Shown here piece by piece: positions 24,387-34,020 of a DNA stretch of 35,110 nt (the stretch's first letter is position 1; each line of letters opens with the position of its first letter). Both the position numbers and the translations under genes were made by a program. This stretch comes from Octopus bimaculoides. Its lineage: Eukaryota. The notes below the pieces were generated by a model. It saw nothing but the letters and a program-made list of their open reading frames with translations, was not told the origin of the DNA and ran no database searches. Location of the stretch: contig NC_068999.1 in the NCBI RefSeq assembly GCF_001194135.2, positions 35,877,492 through 35,912,601 of the forward strand. Reading direction: 5' to 3'.

Positions 24387-25170
24387 GTATTCAGAAATAA
24401 ACAGCGGGCGCCCGTGTATGTGTGTGTTGAACGCTGAGCCGTTGTTTTTGAGCATCCCATTGCATTTGGAACACCTTAAGCATAGGTTGCTAAGAACCAC
24501 AATGGCATTTAGCATAGTCAATGGCATTTAGTAATGAGTGGTATAGAGCAGTCAGTGGTATATACAGCAATGGTGCATACGGTCAATGCTATATCATAGT
24601 CACTGATGTGCAACAAACAGCATAATGCGATACGATTTCTTGTCAACTTATAACTGAAACGAGTTTTTAAACAATCTCAATTGTTGCGTTCAAAAATTAT
24701 ATTGGTGTTTGCCTATTACAGTTAGCAGTGTTTCTTCCGCATCATCCCACTATGTTTCTTTTTAATAATTGCATCTGATTGTAATGAATCTGGTCAATAC
24801 GTATTTTGATGACTTAGACCCGTTCTGTAATATGTTTGAGTCAAGATTCCACCTATAAAATATTATTTGCCATAACTGACTTAGTTTTGAAGAGATAGCT
24901 CATTCCGGTAAAGACTAATGTATCCACTCCCGAACCGTCATTAGGAACACCAGTTTCCCTTGTATATTGACGTCTTAGAAATTAGAATTTTTGTTAAGTA
25001 TATTTAAGTTGTTGATTCCAGAATATCTTCATTCTTCGTCAGTAACTCGGCATGATCAATGTTCTGCTACTTCGATACAAAAATAACAATATAAATGCTA
25101 ATAATTTTACAATATATATGCTGTTAACATAGTGTTCAAAACCATGTTTTGTGCAAAACACATGCTATTT

Positions 25171-25368
25171 GAGGTCGGCGAGCAGGCAGAATCGGTACCG
25201 CGTCGGGAAACATTCTTAGCGACATTTCAGTCAAATTCTGCTGAGGCCTACAATGCCTTTAATCCTCTCGGCATCGATAAAATAAGTGCCAGTTGAGCTC
25301 TGGGGACGATGTAATCAACATTCAGTCTCCTGCGAAATCGTTGGCCTTGTGCCAAAATCTAAAACCAA
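25171..25368 (+). mobile_element. SINE family D, diverged
   Basis: GGCGAGCAGGCAGAATCG...TCAAATTCTGCTGAGG...ATCGATAAAATAAGTGCCAGTTGAG..CTGGGG.CGATGTAATC...GGCCTTGTGCCAAAAT. Confidence 0.7.
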
Positions 25369-25419
25369 TAATATTTCACATGCTGTTAAAACAATCATGA
25401 CGGTTATTTCAATTCAAAA

Positions 25420-25850
25420 CTTTAGACTAAAAACATTAAAAGATGATTATACCTGCTTGGTTACGTTCTTGATCTGGAAACAGGTAATTTTATGGAGCCA
25501 AGATAAAAGAGGTTATAAAAGACCCATTTTCATAGAATCAAGGATATCACTACGTCCTGTACATGGGCTTCATTTGTTTTAGGTTCTCGAAACTTTCTTA
25601 CCAGTCATAAGACAGACAAGTACTCTAAATTAGTAGAAAATATGCTCTCAAGTTCTAATAAGCTCGACTTTAGCATGAGCCTCAAGGTTCATGACTGCTA
25701 AACATATTTAGACTGCCTTCTAGGTGCTTTCAGCAATGAACAACAGTACAGCTTTCATCGAGATATAGAAGCAATGAACGAGAGATACCAGAGAAGATAT
25801 GATATATACAGCATGGCAAATTACTGTTAGAAGATGCAACCAGATTATTG
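25420..25850 (+). pseudogene. Chapaev-like (CMC) DNA transposase C-terminal remnant
   Basis: Frame reading WASFVLGSRNFLTSHKTDKYSKLVENMLSSSNKLDFSMSLKVHDC*TYLDCLLGAFSNEQQYSFHRDIEAMNERYQRRYDIYSMANYC*. This matches the recalled pattern NFLGN..ENY.ELV.NML..F..LGCNMSLKVHFLHSHLD.F..NLGA.S.EQGERFHQDI..ME.RYQGRW...MMADYCW. Family name is from memory. Confidence 0.65.
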
Positions 25851-26044
25851 GGGTAACACTCTCTCTAGAAAGACTTTACGTGAAGCTTTTTGTGATTCAA
25901 ATAATTTTGTTTTATGTTTTGTGTCATATGTTTTATACTATTTTGTTTTTGTATTTTTTTTTTAGTTTTTATTACCATATATTCTTATGCAGTACACTGT
26001 AAGATTTTGTAATAATAAAAATATGTTAATATTTTAAGAACATC

Positions 26045-26252
26045 AAATTTTGGCACATGCCCAGCAATTTCAGAGGAGGGCTAAGTCGATTACTTGAACC
26101 TCAGTACTCAACAGGTACTAATTTTATCGACTCCGAAAGGATGAATGGCAAAGTCGTCCTCGGCGGAATTTGAACCAGAACATTAAGATGAGTGAAATAC
26201 CGCTAAGAATTTTGCCTCATGTGCTCACGATTCTTCCAGCTCACCACCTTAA
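26045..26252 (-). mobile_element. SINE family D, opposite orientation to 25171
   Basis: Reverse complement reads AAGGTGGTGAGCTGGAAGAATCG...TTCAAATTCCGCCGAGGACGACTTTGCCATTCATCCTTTCGGAGTCGATAAAATTAGTACC...GTGCCAAAATTTG. Confidence 0.75.
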
Positions 26253-26458
26253 GAACGTCTAATATATAAATGCTGTTACATTTGTACCGAAATAGCAACT
26301 CATTCATTGATCAATTAGAGACCGTTAGGCAAACTGATTATGTATTTAGAGCCTGTTCCCAATATTAAACCATGATTTCGTCAAACTTCTAAGACATCAC
26401 AATTGTATTGTGCAACTGAAGTTCAAATTTTCATCATAATTCTGAATAGTTTAGTAGA

Positions 26459-27599
26459 CAGAGGTTGGACAAAATAATGGTAATACCTAGCATCATAGCA
26501 TCATCATTTTGAAATATCTATAAAACCATCAAAAGCTTGTTTATTTTTATGTTTCTTTGATTTATTATTAGTGTTGTTTAATATGTTTTGCTAAAATTGC
26601 TGTTTCTTTTCAGATATCATCAGAAAAAGGTAATTAAAATTCATTAAAATGACAGATCTATCGGACTTTCAAAGATGTCAAATTGTTGGTGGCCGTATGG
26701 CAAGTTCTAGCGTAATGAAAACAGCCGAAATGTTTGGTACATGAAGAAGTACTGTCTTGAAAGTAATGACAGCCTTTGAGAAAAAGGGAAAAAAACCTCC
26801 TTGTCGATACAAAACTCCGGAAGAAAACCAAAACTTTCAGATAGGGACTCTTACGTCAGTTGTTAGATGGACCACAAAAGCACAGCTCCCAAAGTAACTG
26901 CAGAACTTAATAACCACCCCGAGAACCCAGTTTCCTCAGAAACTGTTTGACGGGAGCTGCACAAAGTCGGATTTTACGGGAGGGCTATAATCAGAAAACC
27001 ACTACTTACAAAAACAAACGTTGCAAAGCGTTTAAACTGGAGTAAAAACCTACAGAATTGGTCCCTAGAGCAGTGAAAGAATATTATTTTCTGGGACGAG
27101 TTATCCATTACCTTATTTCTGACCCCCAGCCAAGTATACATGGAGGTGGATCTGTGATGATCTGGGGTAGGGGCCTATATCTTGGAAATTTGCCGGCCCA
27201 ATGGCAGAATTGATAGTCAAGACTATTTAAGCATTTTATCTGATCAAATTCATCCTATAGTTGCGGAACTGTTTCTGGAGGGAAATGCAATCTTTCAGGA
27301 CGATAATGCACCAATTCACACAGCTAAAGTTGTTACTGAATGGCATGAGGAACATTCAAGTGAAGTTAAACATTTATGATGCATTTTAGAAAAACAAGTA
27401 AGGAGTCGATATCCTCCACCATCATCACTACAAGAACTGGAGACTGTTTTATCTGAAGAAGGGACAAAAATTCCTTTGGAAACAATTCAAATTTTGTACA
27501 AGTCCATTCCTCGTAGAATTCAAGCTGTAATTACTGCCAAAGGTGGTCCTACTCCATATTAAAATAAATTTGAAATTTTAAGGAGCTGTCCAACCCCTG
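26459..27599 (+). mobile_element. Tc1-like DNA transposon, internally deleted
   Basis: Termini CAGAGGTTGGACA (left) and TGTCCAACCCCTG-TA (right) are inverted repeats. The right flank is TA; the left flank is GA, a possibly mutated TSD. Contains a transposase pseudogene. Confidence 0.85.
26649..27562 (+). pseudogene. Tc1-family transposase pseudogene
   Basis: MTDLSDFQRCQIVGGRMASSSVMKTAEMFGT... start; FWDELS at the first catalytic D region; GGSVMIWG; FQDDNAPIHTAK; the WP..SPDLN.IE block is deleted after SSEVKHL; ends ...IQAVITAKGGPTPY-stop. Confidence 0.9.
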
Positions 27600-27712
27600 T
27601 ATATAAACTAGTGTGATGTAGTTACATCATATATGATAAAACTAATGGTGTATTTGAAGTATATTTATCATTTTAAGGTTTTGCCTCTCTTGTGTATCAT
27701 GTGATACACTAG

Positions 27713-28036
27713 TGAGGGCGCATGGCTTAGTGGTTAGCGTATTTGGCTCACGATCGTTAAGTTGTGGGATCGACTCTGTGCGGCGCGTTGTGTACTTGAG
27801 CAAGACACTTTATTTCACGTTACTCCTGTCTATTCAGCTGGCAAAAATGAGTAGAACCTGTATTTCAAAGGGTCAGCCATGTCACATTCTGTGCCACGCT
27901 GAATCATCTTGAGAACAATGTGAAGATTACGCGTACCTGTGGAGTGCTCAGCCATTTACACGTTAATTTCACTAGCAGGATGTTTTGTTGATCAGATTAA
28001 CTGAAACCCTCGTCGTCGTAAGCGACGTGATGCCAG
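27713..28036 (+). mobile_element. tRNA-derived SINE (family B head with family C tail)
   Basis: A box TGGCTTAGTGG and a degenerate B box; CTTGAGCAAGACACTTTATTTCACGTT; the tail TTCAAAGGGTCAGCC...CTCAGCCA.TT.CACGTTAATTTCA is shared with the copy at 34777. Confidence 0.8.
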
Positions 28037-28347
28037 TTACATAGAACATATTTCCTGGAGTTCACGTATCATATATGATAAACATCTTCAGTTTTTTTCT
28101 AGCCAGCAATATAACATAGAGATTACACAGAATTTATGAAACAAGGGCAAAATTACAGTTTAAAAACAAACAGACGTTTAGGGCACGTTTATGAAAATGC
28201 TTTGGACAAGTTAAATAAATATTATAAACAATAATTGGTTAAATAAATACACAAGAAATAGTGTAACATTAAAGGGAATGTTATTTTGTAATCAATACGA
28301 TTTTGAAAATAATTTCCGACTAATGATTTTCAATTTGATTTCCTCAC

Positions 28348-28482
28348 CTGCAAATTGGCATCTCGTTCCAACAAAAGTATCGGTGCAAGCACAATGGTAG
28401 CCATTAACTCTGTCATGGCAGATGGCTCCGTTCAAACAAGGATGCGAAGCACAATCGTTAATATTACGATCACAGCGATGTC
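28348..28482 (-). CDS. Internal coding exon of a DNER-like / Delta-Notch-type EGF-repeat membrane protein; one complete calcium-binding-type EGF domain
   Basis: Minus strand: acceptor ttttatttttaattccAG|GA, donor GCAG|GTGAGG, 135 nt, phase 1 to phase 1. Translation (G)HRCDRNINDCASHPCLNGAICHDRVNGYHCACTDTFVGTRCQFA has six-Cys EGF spacing, an N-I-N-D-C start and a C-x-D-x-x-N-G-Y-x-C-x-C motif. Upstream exons were not found in the window. Confidence 0.93.
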
Positions 28483-28719
28483 CTGGAATTAAAAATAAAA
28501 TATACTTAATGTATATTAAAGTGTTTGTGAGTGTGTGTGTGTGTGCGTGTGTGTGTGTATCTATGTTCAGTTGTCTGTATGCGTGTGCGTATGTGTAATT
28601 GTAGGATATGGTTGTACGTGTAATACAATATATATGTTGCAAACCTCGTGTTCAAAACCCTGTTTATTTTTGTGCAAAACACAAACCCTTTAATAAAAAC
28701 TGCTCGAGGATGTAGCATA

Positions 28720-28895
28720 TAATATATGCGTGTGTGTGTGTGTTTGTATGTATGTATGAATATAGTTATGTATATGTATATAGTGAGAGAAAGAGAGAGA
28801 CAGGCAGATACACAGAGACAGACAGATACACGAGACAGACAAATACACAGTGACAGACAGATAAACAGACTGAGAGAGTGCTAGGTAGGTAGATG

Positions 28896-28931
<36 letters not shown>

Positions 28932-29190
28932 CATACATACATACATACATACATACATACATACATACATACATACATACATACATAAATATGCGTTCTT
29001 TTACTTGCTAAGCTAGGTCATGCTCGCAGGCGAGTGTCACCTTATAGTTTGTACAACGATTTTTTTTTGTTTTGCTAATTGCTTCAAGTGCCTTAATAGT
29101 CGCGTGCAGACATACGTACATACATACATGCATACATAGAAACATACATACATAGATACATACATACATACATACATACATACATAGCCT
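28720..29190. repeat. Compound (GT)/(AGAC)/(AGAT)/(ACAT) microsatellites
   Basis: Direct read. Confidence 0.93.
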
Positions 29191-29399
29191 GTAAAATTAC
29201 CAGATGACTTCAAAGGGCCATAGCTTTTGAAGATTTTTCTAGACAATGATAACAATGTAACTAAATTTGTGTTGTCATTGTTTTTTTATGTTATCTATTT
29301 AAGTACAGTTTCATTAGACCGAATGAGCCGAGCCGAGTCATTAGAGAGTCGAATAAGGTGTTTTTTTTTCTTCTTGTACCAGCTGACTTTGAACCGAAT

Positions 29400-29700
29400 C
29401 TAAATACCCTCGACGCCAATTTTTCAGTCACGGTACCAGTCCTGCCTGAAGGATGTTCTCTTTCGTACTGTCTACATTTTTGGAAGAAATTGACCATGGT
29501 GTAGCTTGAAGAAAGATCGGCTCCGTAAGATCAAAAATTGGCGAAATCACACTATTTGTCGTGACGGAAGAGCTACACCTCTATAAAGAGTTGGAGTAAG
29601 AGGGCTAGGCTTATTTTCAAAAATCTCTTTTCAGAGAAGCTCAACAAGTCTGCAGTGAAGGAATATACGTTTGAGTGTTGAGGAATAAAAAAGAGGCAAC
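29400..29700 (+). pseudogene. Possible highly decayed LINE ORF2 fragment (post-RT region)
   Basis: Scattered motifs across frames (LNTLDANFSVTVPVLP, FWKK, LHLYKELE.EG, RGLGL) loosely recall the N.L....P....F.W....L.LP...GGLG region of L1/Tx1 proteins. Weak. Confidence 0.25.
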
Positions 29701-30171
29701 AATATCTCAGAAGATTCAAGCACAGCAAGAACAATCTGTAAGATATCACGAAATTTTGGGATACCACCCGAATGGATAGAATATAGTTTAGATGGAGAGT
29801 ACTGTCAGAATACTCCTAACGTAATGCATCAGAAACACATGATAACCAGATGTAGTTAACTTAGCTATGAATTTCAATGACAGACAAATTTGAAGACCGA
29901 GGTGAAATCTCAAGATAAAAACAGCTTTCACCGATGTTCTCCGGAGCTGGCAATGTTTGGGAGAGGGGGTGCAAGTCGCCGGTATATGTATCAATGGGAA
30001 AAGGAGAAACATTGAATATGAAGTGGGGGACGGAAGTAGTTAATTAGGACTGTTTCTATTTCAAGTCTAATCATTTTATTCAATCATTGTTGTTCAATTA
30101 AATATCATTGCGCAGATGAGAATAAGAAAGAAGAAATTCTGCGATAAAAAAAGGGAGAGAAAACCATAGAA

Positions 30172-30208
30172 AGAGAGAGAGAGAGAGAGAGAGGGGGAGA
30201 GAGAGAGA

Positions 30209-30265
<57 letters not shown>
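30172..30265. repeat. (GA)n microsatellite
   Basis: Direct read; a (CT)n counterpart lies at about 33943-34019. Confidence 0.96.
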
Positions 30266-30266
<1 letters not shown>

Positions 30267-30841
30267 TGCCATTTGGAGTTAAAATAATTATTCAATTTCT
30301 TAAATGACACAACGTTATTAACTAAGTCAGTTGAACTCTCTCTACTTCCCCACCACTTGTATCGGATATTCTAGACGGTATATATTACAACGTCATTTAT
30401 TAAAACACCATGTTCATTAATGTTATATAAAATGACGCCTAGCTTGTCGCATGCAAGCTGGTGATCAATACGTATGCTAATGTTTCATAGATTATTTTGC
30501 ATAACAGAGCCTCGTATGACTAATTACAACGCAATTTCATTATGATATTGTAACAGACTGCGTAGCGGTATTAGACGTTTATTCATTCTTTTAGTAGGGC
30601 TCCAAGTTTTTTTGTGAAGGGTCTAAAAGCCTAGCACCCAGGTAATATATAATGTATTCGTCCTTAAATTTGTCCATAAATTGTATTAAGTAAAGTATGA
30701 TGTACCACTTCTGAATTTAAAACAGTAATATAGCAAACCCTCATACATTTATATTTGTATAGTGTACCCAATTGATTTTAAACTTGATAGTTTGTATTAA
30801 ACTTCTCACATATGGTAAAGAACTTGGCTGCTATTATAGTG

Positions 30842-30902
<61 letters not shown>

Positions 30903-30999
30903 ATGTGTATATATGTAGAAGGTTGAAAAGGAACACACGTGTTTGTATGTATAAGGAAAATAAGACAAGGTACAAAAGGCATTTCTACCTAGGCTGATA

Positions 31000-31606
31000 T
31001 CACGCGTAGGACGGATCTGTCTGTTAGCTGTAATGATGATTGCCCCGCCGCCTTCTTATAATCGAACAGGCAAGACAGTTTTCTTTTGCCTGGAGGCTGT
31101 GACAAAAGAGGTTGTTTGGTGGACAAGGTTGAACGGCATTAGGACAGAACCATTCCTCCTTGGTAGAGCTCTCATTGAGTTGTTCAAGTTTTACTTGGAA
31201 AGGAAATTCAGAGTGGAGAGGGAAGTACTGTCCTCGAGTGAGTGGGTGAAAGTCGTGAAATTGACAAGAGTGGACGGTACCTCTCAGTGTAGACTTGTAA
31301 ATCGGAGAGAAAGAATTAGAGAGATGAACTTGCTCTTGGTGTTCAGGGAAATCTCGGATAGTGGGGTTCTCTCAATAAACCCTAGAGGTTCTCCTGTATC
31401 AGGAGGGTGACATAGCTATCACTCTCACCGCCACCTTGTTTTTTAAACCTTTGTATACTATGTAAATGTCCCTTCCTTTTCAGCGCATACTTACCTTTTT
31501 TATCATTTCATTATCTGTAAAACCCACACTCTATATCTGTTTTTGTATTATCTCCCTCATCCTTCGCACTTGTGGCGAATAAATGAAATCATCATCATCA
31601 TCATCA
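31000..31606 (+). mobile_element. 5'-truncated L1/Tx1-like LINE 3' end
   Basis: Open frame RVGRICLLAVMMIAPPPSYNRTGKTVFFCLEAVTKEVVWWTRLNGIRTEPFLLGRALIELFKFYLERKFRVEREVLSS resembles the C-terminal ORF2 region of Tx1-type LINEs. It is followed by a pyrimidine-rich 3' UTR, AATAAA at 31578-31583 and an (ATC)n tail. Confidence 0.58.
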
Positions 31607-31627
31607 TTGTTCTTGTTGTTGTTGTTG

Positions 31628-31710
<83 letters not shown>
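31588..31710. repeat. Compound triplet microsatellite (ATC)(GTT)(ATT)(AGT)
   Basis: Direct read; begins directly at the LINE-like tail. Confidence 0.95.
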
Positions 31711-31711
<1 letters not shown>

Positions 31712-31860
31712 AGGTGTTGAAGTGCCAGAATCGATTGCACGGCGGACAAAAATGCTTAGTAAAGCTCAAATGCTGCCGGGCCCCTCTTTGCATTTCATTC
31801 TGTCGAAGTCAATAAAATAAATACTAGTTGAACACTTGGGGGTCAGGGACAGAACCTGCA
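31711..31860 (+). mobile_element. SINE family D, degenerate 5' part
   Basis: AAGGTGTTGAAGTGCCAGAATCG.TTGCACGGCGGACAAAAATGCTTAG resembles the family D head. Confidence 0.5.
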
Positions 31861-31889
31861 TTCAGACTGCATCATCAACTCGGTATTCA

Positions 31890-32170
31890 TCCAACATCTT
31901 TGAACAGCGCTTGTGGTCTAATTCGGACGGCTATGTAAAACTACTGGCGATTGTGGAAAATCCTTTGCAGTAATTCCTCCAATTGTAATGCTATTGATTA
32001 CTATACGGGCAGGGTGGGTAGTTGAAATGACATCAACCTCTCTATCAGCCGAGCTGATAGCCTAGGTCAAGGAAGTGTTCGAAAATCTTCCCATGGACAC
32101 CATAAAAACCGCATGCACCAGGTTCCAGGGCTGTCTTGAGACCGTGGTGAAGCTGGCACTGGACCTTTGA
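31890..32170 (+). pseudogene. maT/DD37D-like Tc1-mariner transposase C-terminal fragment
   Basis: Frameshifted pieces SNIFEQRLWSNSDGYVKLLAIVENP, SNSSNCNAIDYY and ELIA*VKEVFENLPMDTIKTACTRFQGCLETVV resemble the ...LNSDGY..LL..VVKPW / PPNSPDCNPLDY / C-terminal helix pattern. The middle portion is deleted. Confidence 0.6.
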
Positions 32171-32392
32171 GTAAACAGCAATGCCCTAGTTATTATCTTT
32201 TGATACGATATTCATGGGCGCAGGAGTTGCTGTGTGGTAAGTAGTTTGCTTACCAACCACATGGTTCCGGGTTCAGTCCCACTGCGTGGCATCTTGGGCA
32301 AGTGACTCCTACTATAGCTTCGGGCCGACCAAAGCCTTGTGAGTGGATTTGGTAGACGGAAACTGAAAGAAGCCTGTCGTATATATATATAT

Positions 32393-32826
32393 GGGAGAAT
32401 GTACGAAAAAACAACAACAGACGAGGACAGGTGGTGTAAATAACAAAAGGATGTATTAGTATGACGCTCGGGAATACGGAAAGTCTTTGACGTTTCGAGC
32501 TACGCTCTTCAACAGAAAGAATACGGAGAAAGTANNNNNNNNNNNNNNNNNNNNNNNNNNNNNNNNNNNNNNNNNNNNNNNNNNNNNNNNNNNNNNNNNN
32601 NNNNNNNNNNNNNNNNNNNNNNNNNNNNNNNNNNNNNNNNNNNNNNNNNNNNNNNNNNNNNNNNNNNNNNNNNNNNNNNNNNNNNNNNNNNNNNNNNNNN
32701 NNNNNNNNNNNNATAAAGTTCAGAATCAAACAGTCCAGATCCAGAAGGAAAGAAGGTAGAATCCAAAAGTTGGTAGTGTATGATGAGAGGAGACAGGATT
32801 AGCTGGTGCGACCACGTGAGCGTGTA
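32393..32826 (-). mobile_element. Putative Penelope-like element terminal fragment nested in the (TA)n core of a SINE
   Basis: Interrupts the SINE at 32217-33067 between two (TA)n tracts (32380-32392 and about 32828-32851). It carries the hammerhead-like motif and contains an N gap (32535-32712). Confidence 0.5.
32484..32520 (-). ncRNA. Minimal type I hammerhead-like motif with variant core (CUGUUGA)
   Basis: Minus strand reads TCTTT-CTGTTGA-A-GAGC-GTA-GCTC-GAAA-CG-TC-AAAGA. Helix I UCUUU/AAAGA; helix II GAGC/GCUC; palindromic ACGU helix III; GUC cleavage triplet. The core has U instead of the conserved A6 and an extra A before helix II. Confidence 0.6.
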
Positions 32827-33936
32827 TTATATATATATATATATATATATACAGGTATTTGTGTGCCTGTGTTTGTCCCCCCCCACCATCGCTTGACAAC
32901 CGATGCTGGTGTGTTTGCGTCCCCGTAACTTAGTGGTTCGGCAAAAAGAAACCGATAGAATAAGTACTAGGCTTACAAAGAATAAGTCCTGGGGGCGATT
33001 TGCTCGACTAAAGGCAGTGCTCCAGAATGGCCGCAGTCAAATGACTGAAACAAGTAAAAGAGTAAAACAGTATATTAGGTTACTTTTCTTGCAAACTATC
33101 AAATTTAACCCGAATTTGCGACGAATTACTGTTATGTATTATTTCGTTTTCTGTACCAATCAGTCGGTTAGAATGTTATCAGTCAACTTGACTACGTTGG
33201 TGGTATGTCGGGTTGAACCCCAAAATTGTGGTGGTCATCATTTTTTCCAGCAGAGAATATATAATTTTAAATGGTTTTAATGTTTTGGAAAAATGTTTTA
33301 AGCAAGCAAAATTTTAAAAAGTATACATAATTGTTGCCAAAACTTTAATAATCCAATTGAGAAAAATAAGATTCTGTTGGTGGAAACGAAACTATTAATG
33401 ATACCGAAAAAGATAATATGGAAAAAGAGAAAAGTTTGCAGGTGTCTTTAAGAGACGGATTAAATTAATCTTTAAGAAACAGAAGATCTGCTGTATGTAA
33501 TTAGAAACAACAAGAGGTATTGCTCTCTAAATTAGTTTTCTATGACATGGAGGTAAAGACCACAGTTTATCGATTCATGCAAGGACACTAGCGAACAGAA
33601 AATGTACAAAGTGAAAAGTATTAATAGAAGAATTGATGTTACTCATTTATCATATAAATTTTGGCTTAATGGACGTAATTTTACATTTGGAAGAACTAGT
33701 GAGAAAATCCACCGGGGTATGCATGTGCCAGATGTTTATGCTAGTTCTACTTTTCAAAGATAAGATTCTCGGGAATCTGAAAGCTGAGGAAATAACAGTA
33801 GAAATGTACATATTCTTCGTCGTAATATTGACCATATAATTTGAGAAATTGAGGGTTTTGGAGACGCCCTTCCTGACTTGCCAAAATATGTATGTAGATT
33901 TCTATCTGTCTGACTATGTCTGTCTGACTCTGTCTG

Positions 33937-34020
<84 letters not shown>

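Larger units (their letters stand above)
2342..32712. other. Assembly gaps (N runs), about 2.9 kb in total
   Basis: 2342-3004, 3485-3692, 5041-5141, 5719-6716, 7759-8215, 9497-9667, 10831-10840, 11074-11083, 21687-21774, 32535-32712. Most are flanked by microsatellites. Confidence 0.99.
32217..33067 (+). mobile_element. tRNA-derived SINE (family A, central (TA)n) split by a nested insertion
   Basis: Head GGCGCAGGAGTTGCTGTGTGGTAAG...GGTTCCGGGTTCAGTCCC with A/B-box-like motifs. 3' half GTCCCCGTAACTTAGTGGTTCGGC...GAATAAGTACTAGGCTTACAAAGAATAAGTCCTGG...CTGAAACAAGTAAAAGAGTAAAA. Homologous to copies at 5466, 9300 and 9686. Confidence 0.85.

Noticed and set aside
932-28095. Other CTGANGA heptamers (about 932, 10365, 11046, 22444, 22590, 25038, 28087)
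   Set aside because: None is followed by a helix II, GAAA and a UH site with a closing helix I, so they are not hammerheads.
16108-30812. CSL/Su(H)-type sites TGTGAGAA on the minus strand near 16110 and 30805
   Set aside because: A few YGTGRGAA matches are expected by chance in 35 kb; they are not paired or clustered.
10988-32520. Both hammerhead motifs lying on the sense strand of the host gene as evidence of a regulatory role
   Set aside because: Two of two has a one-in-four chance by luck, and isolated minimal motifs are expected to cleave poorly.
33300-33900. Faint resemblance to a Ginger/KRABD2-type integrase (LKAEEITVEMYIFF)
   Set aside because: A single weak motif with many stops; cannot be supported without a BLASTX search.
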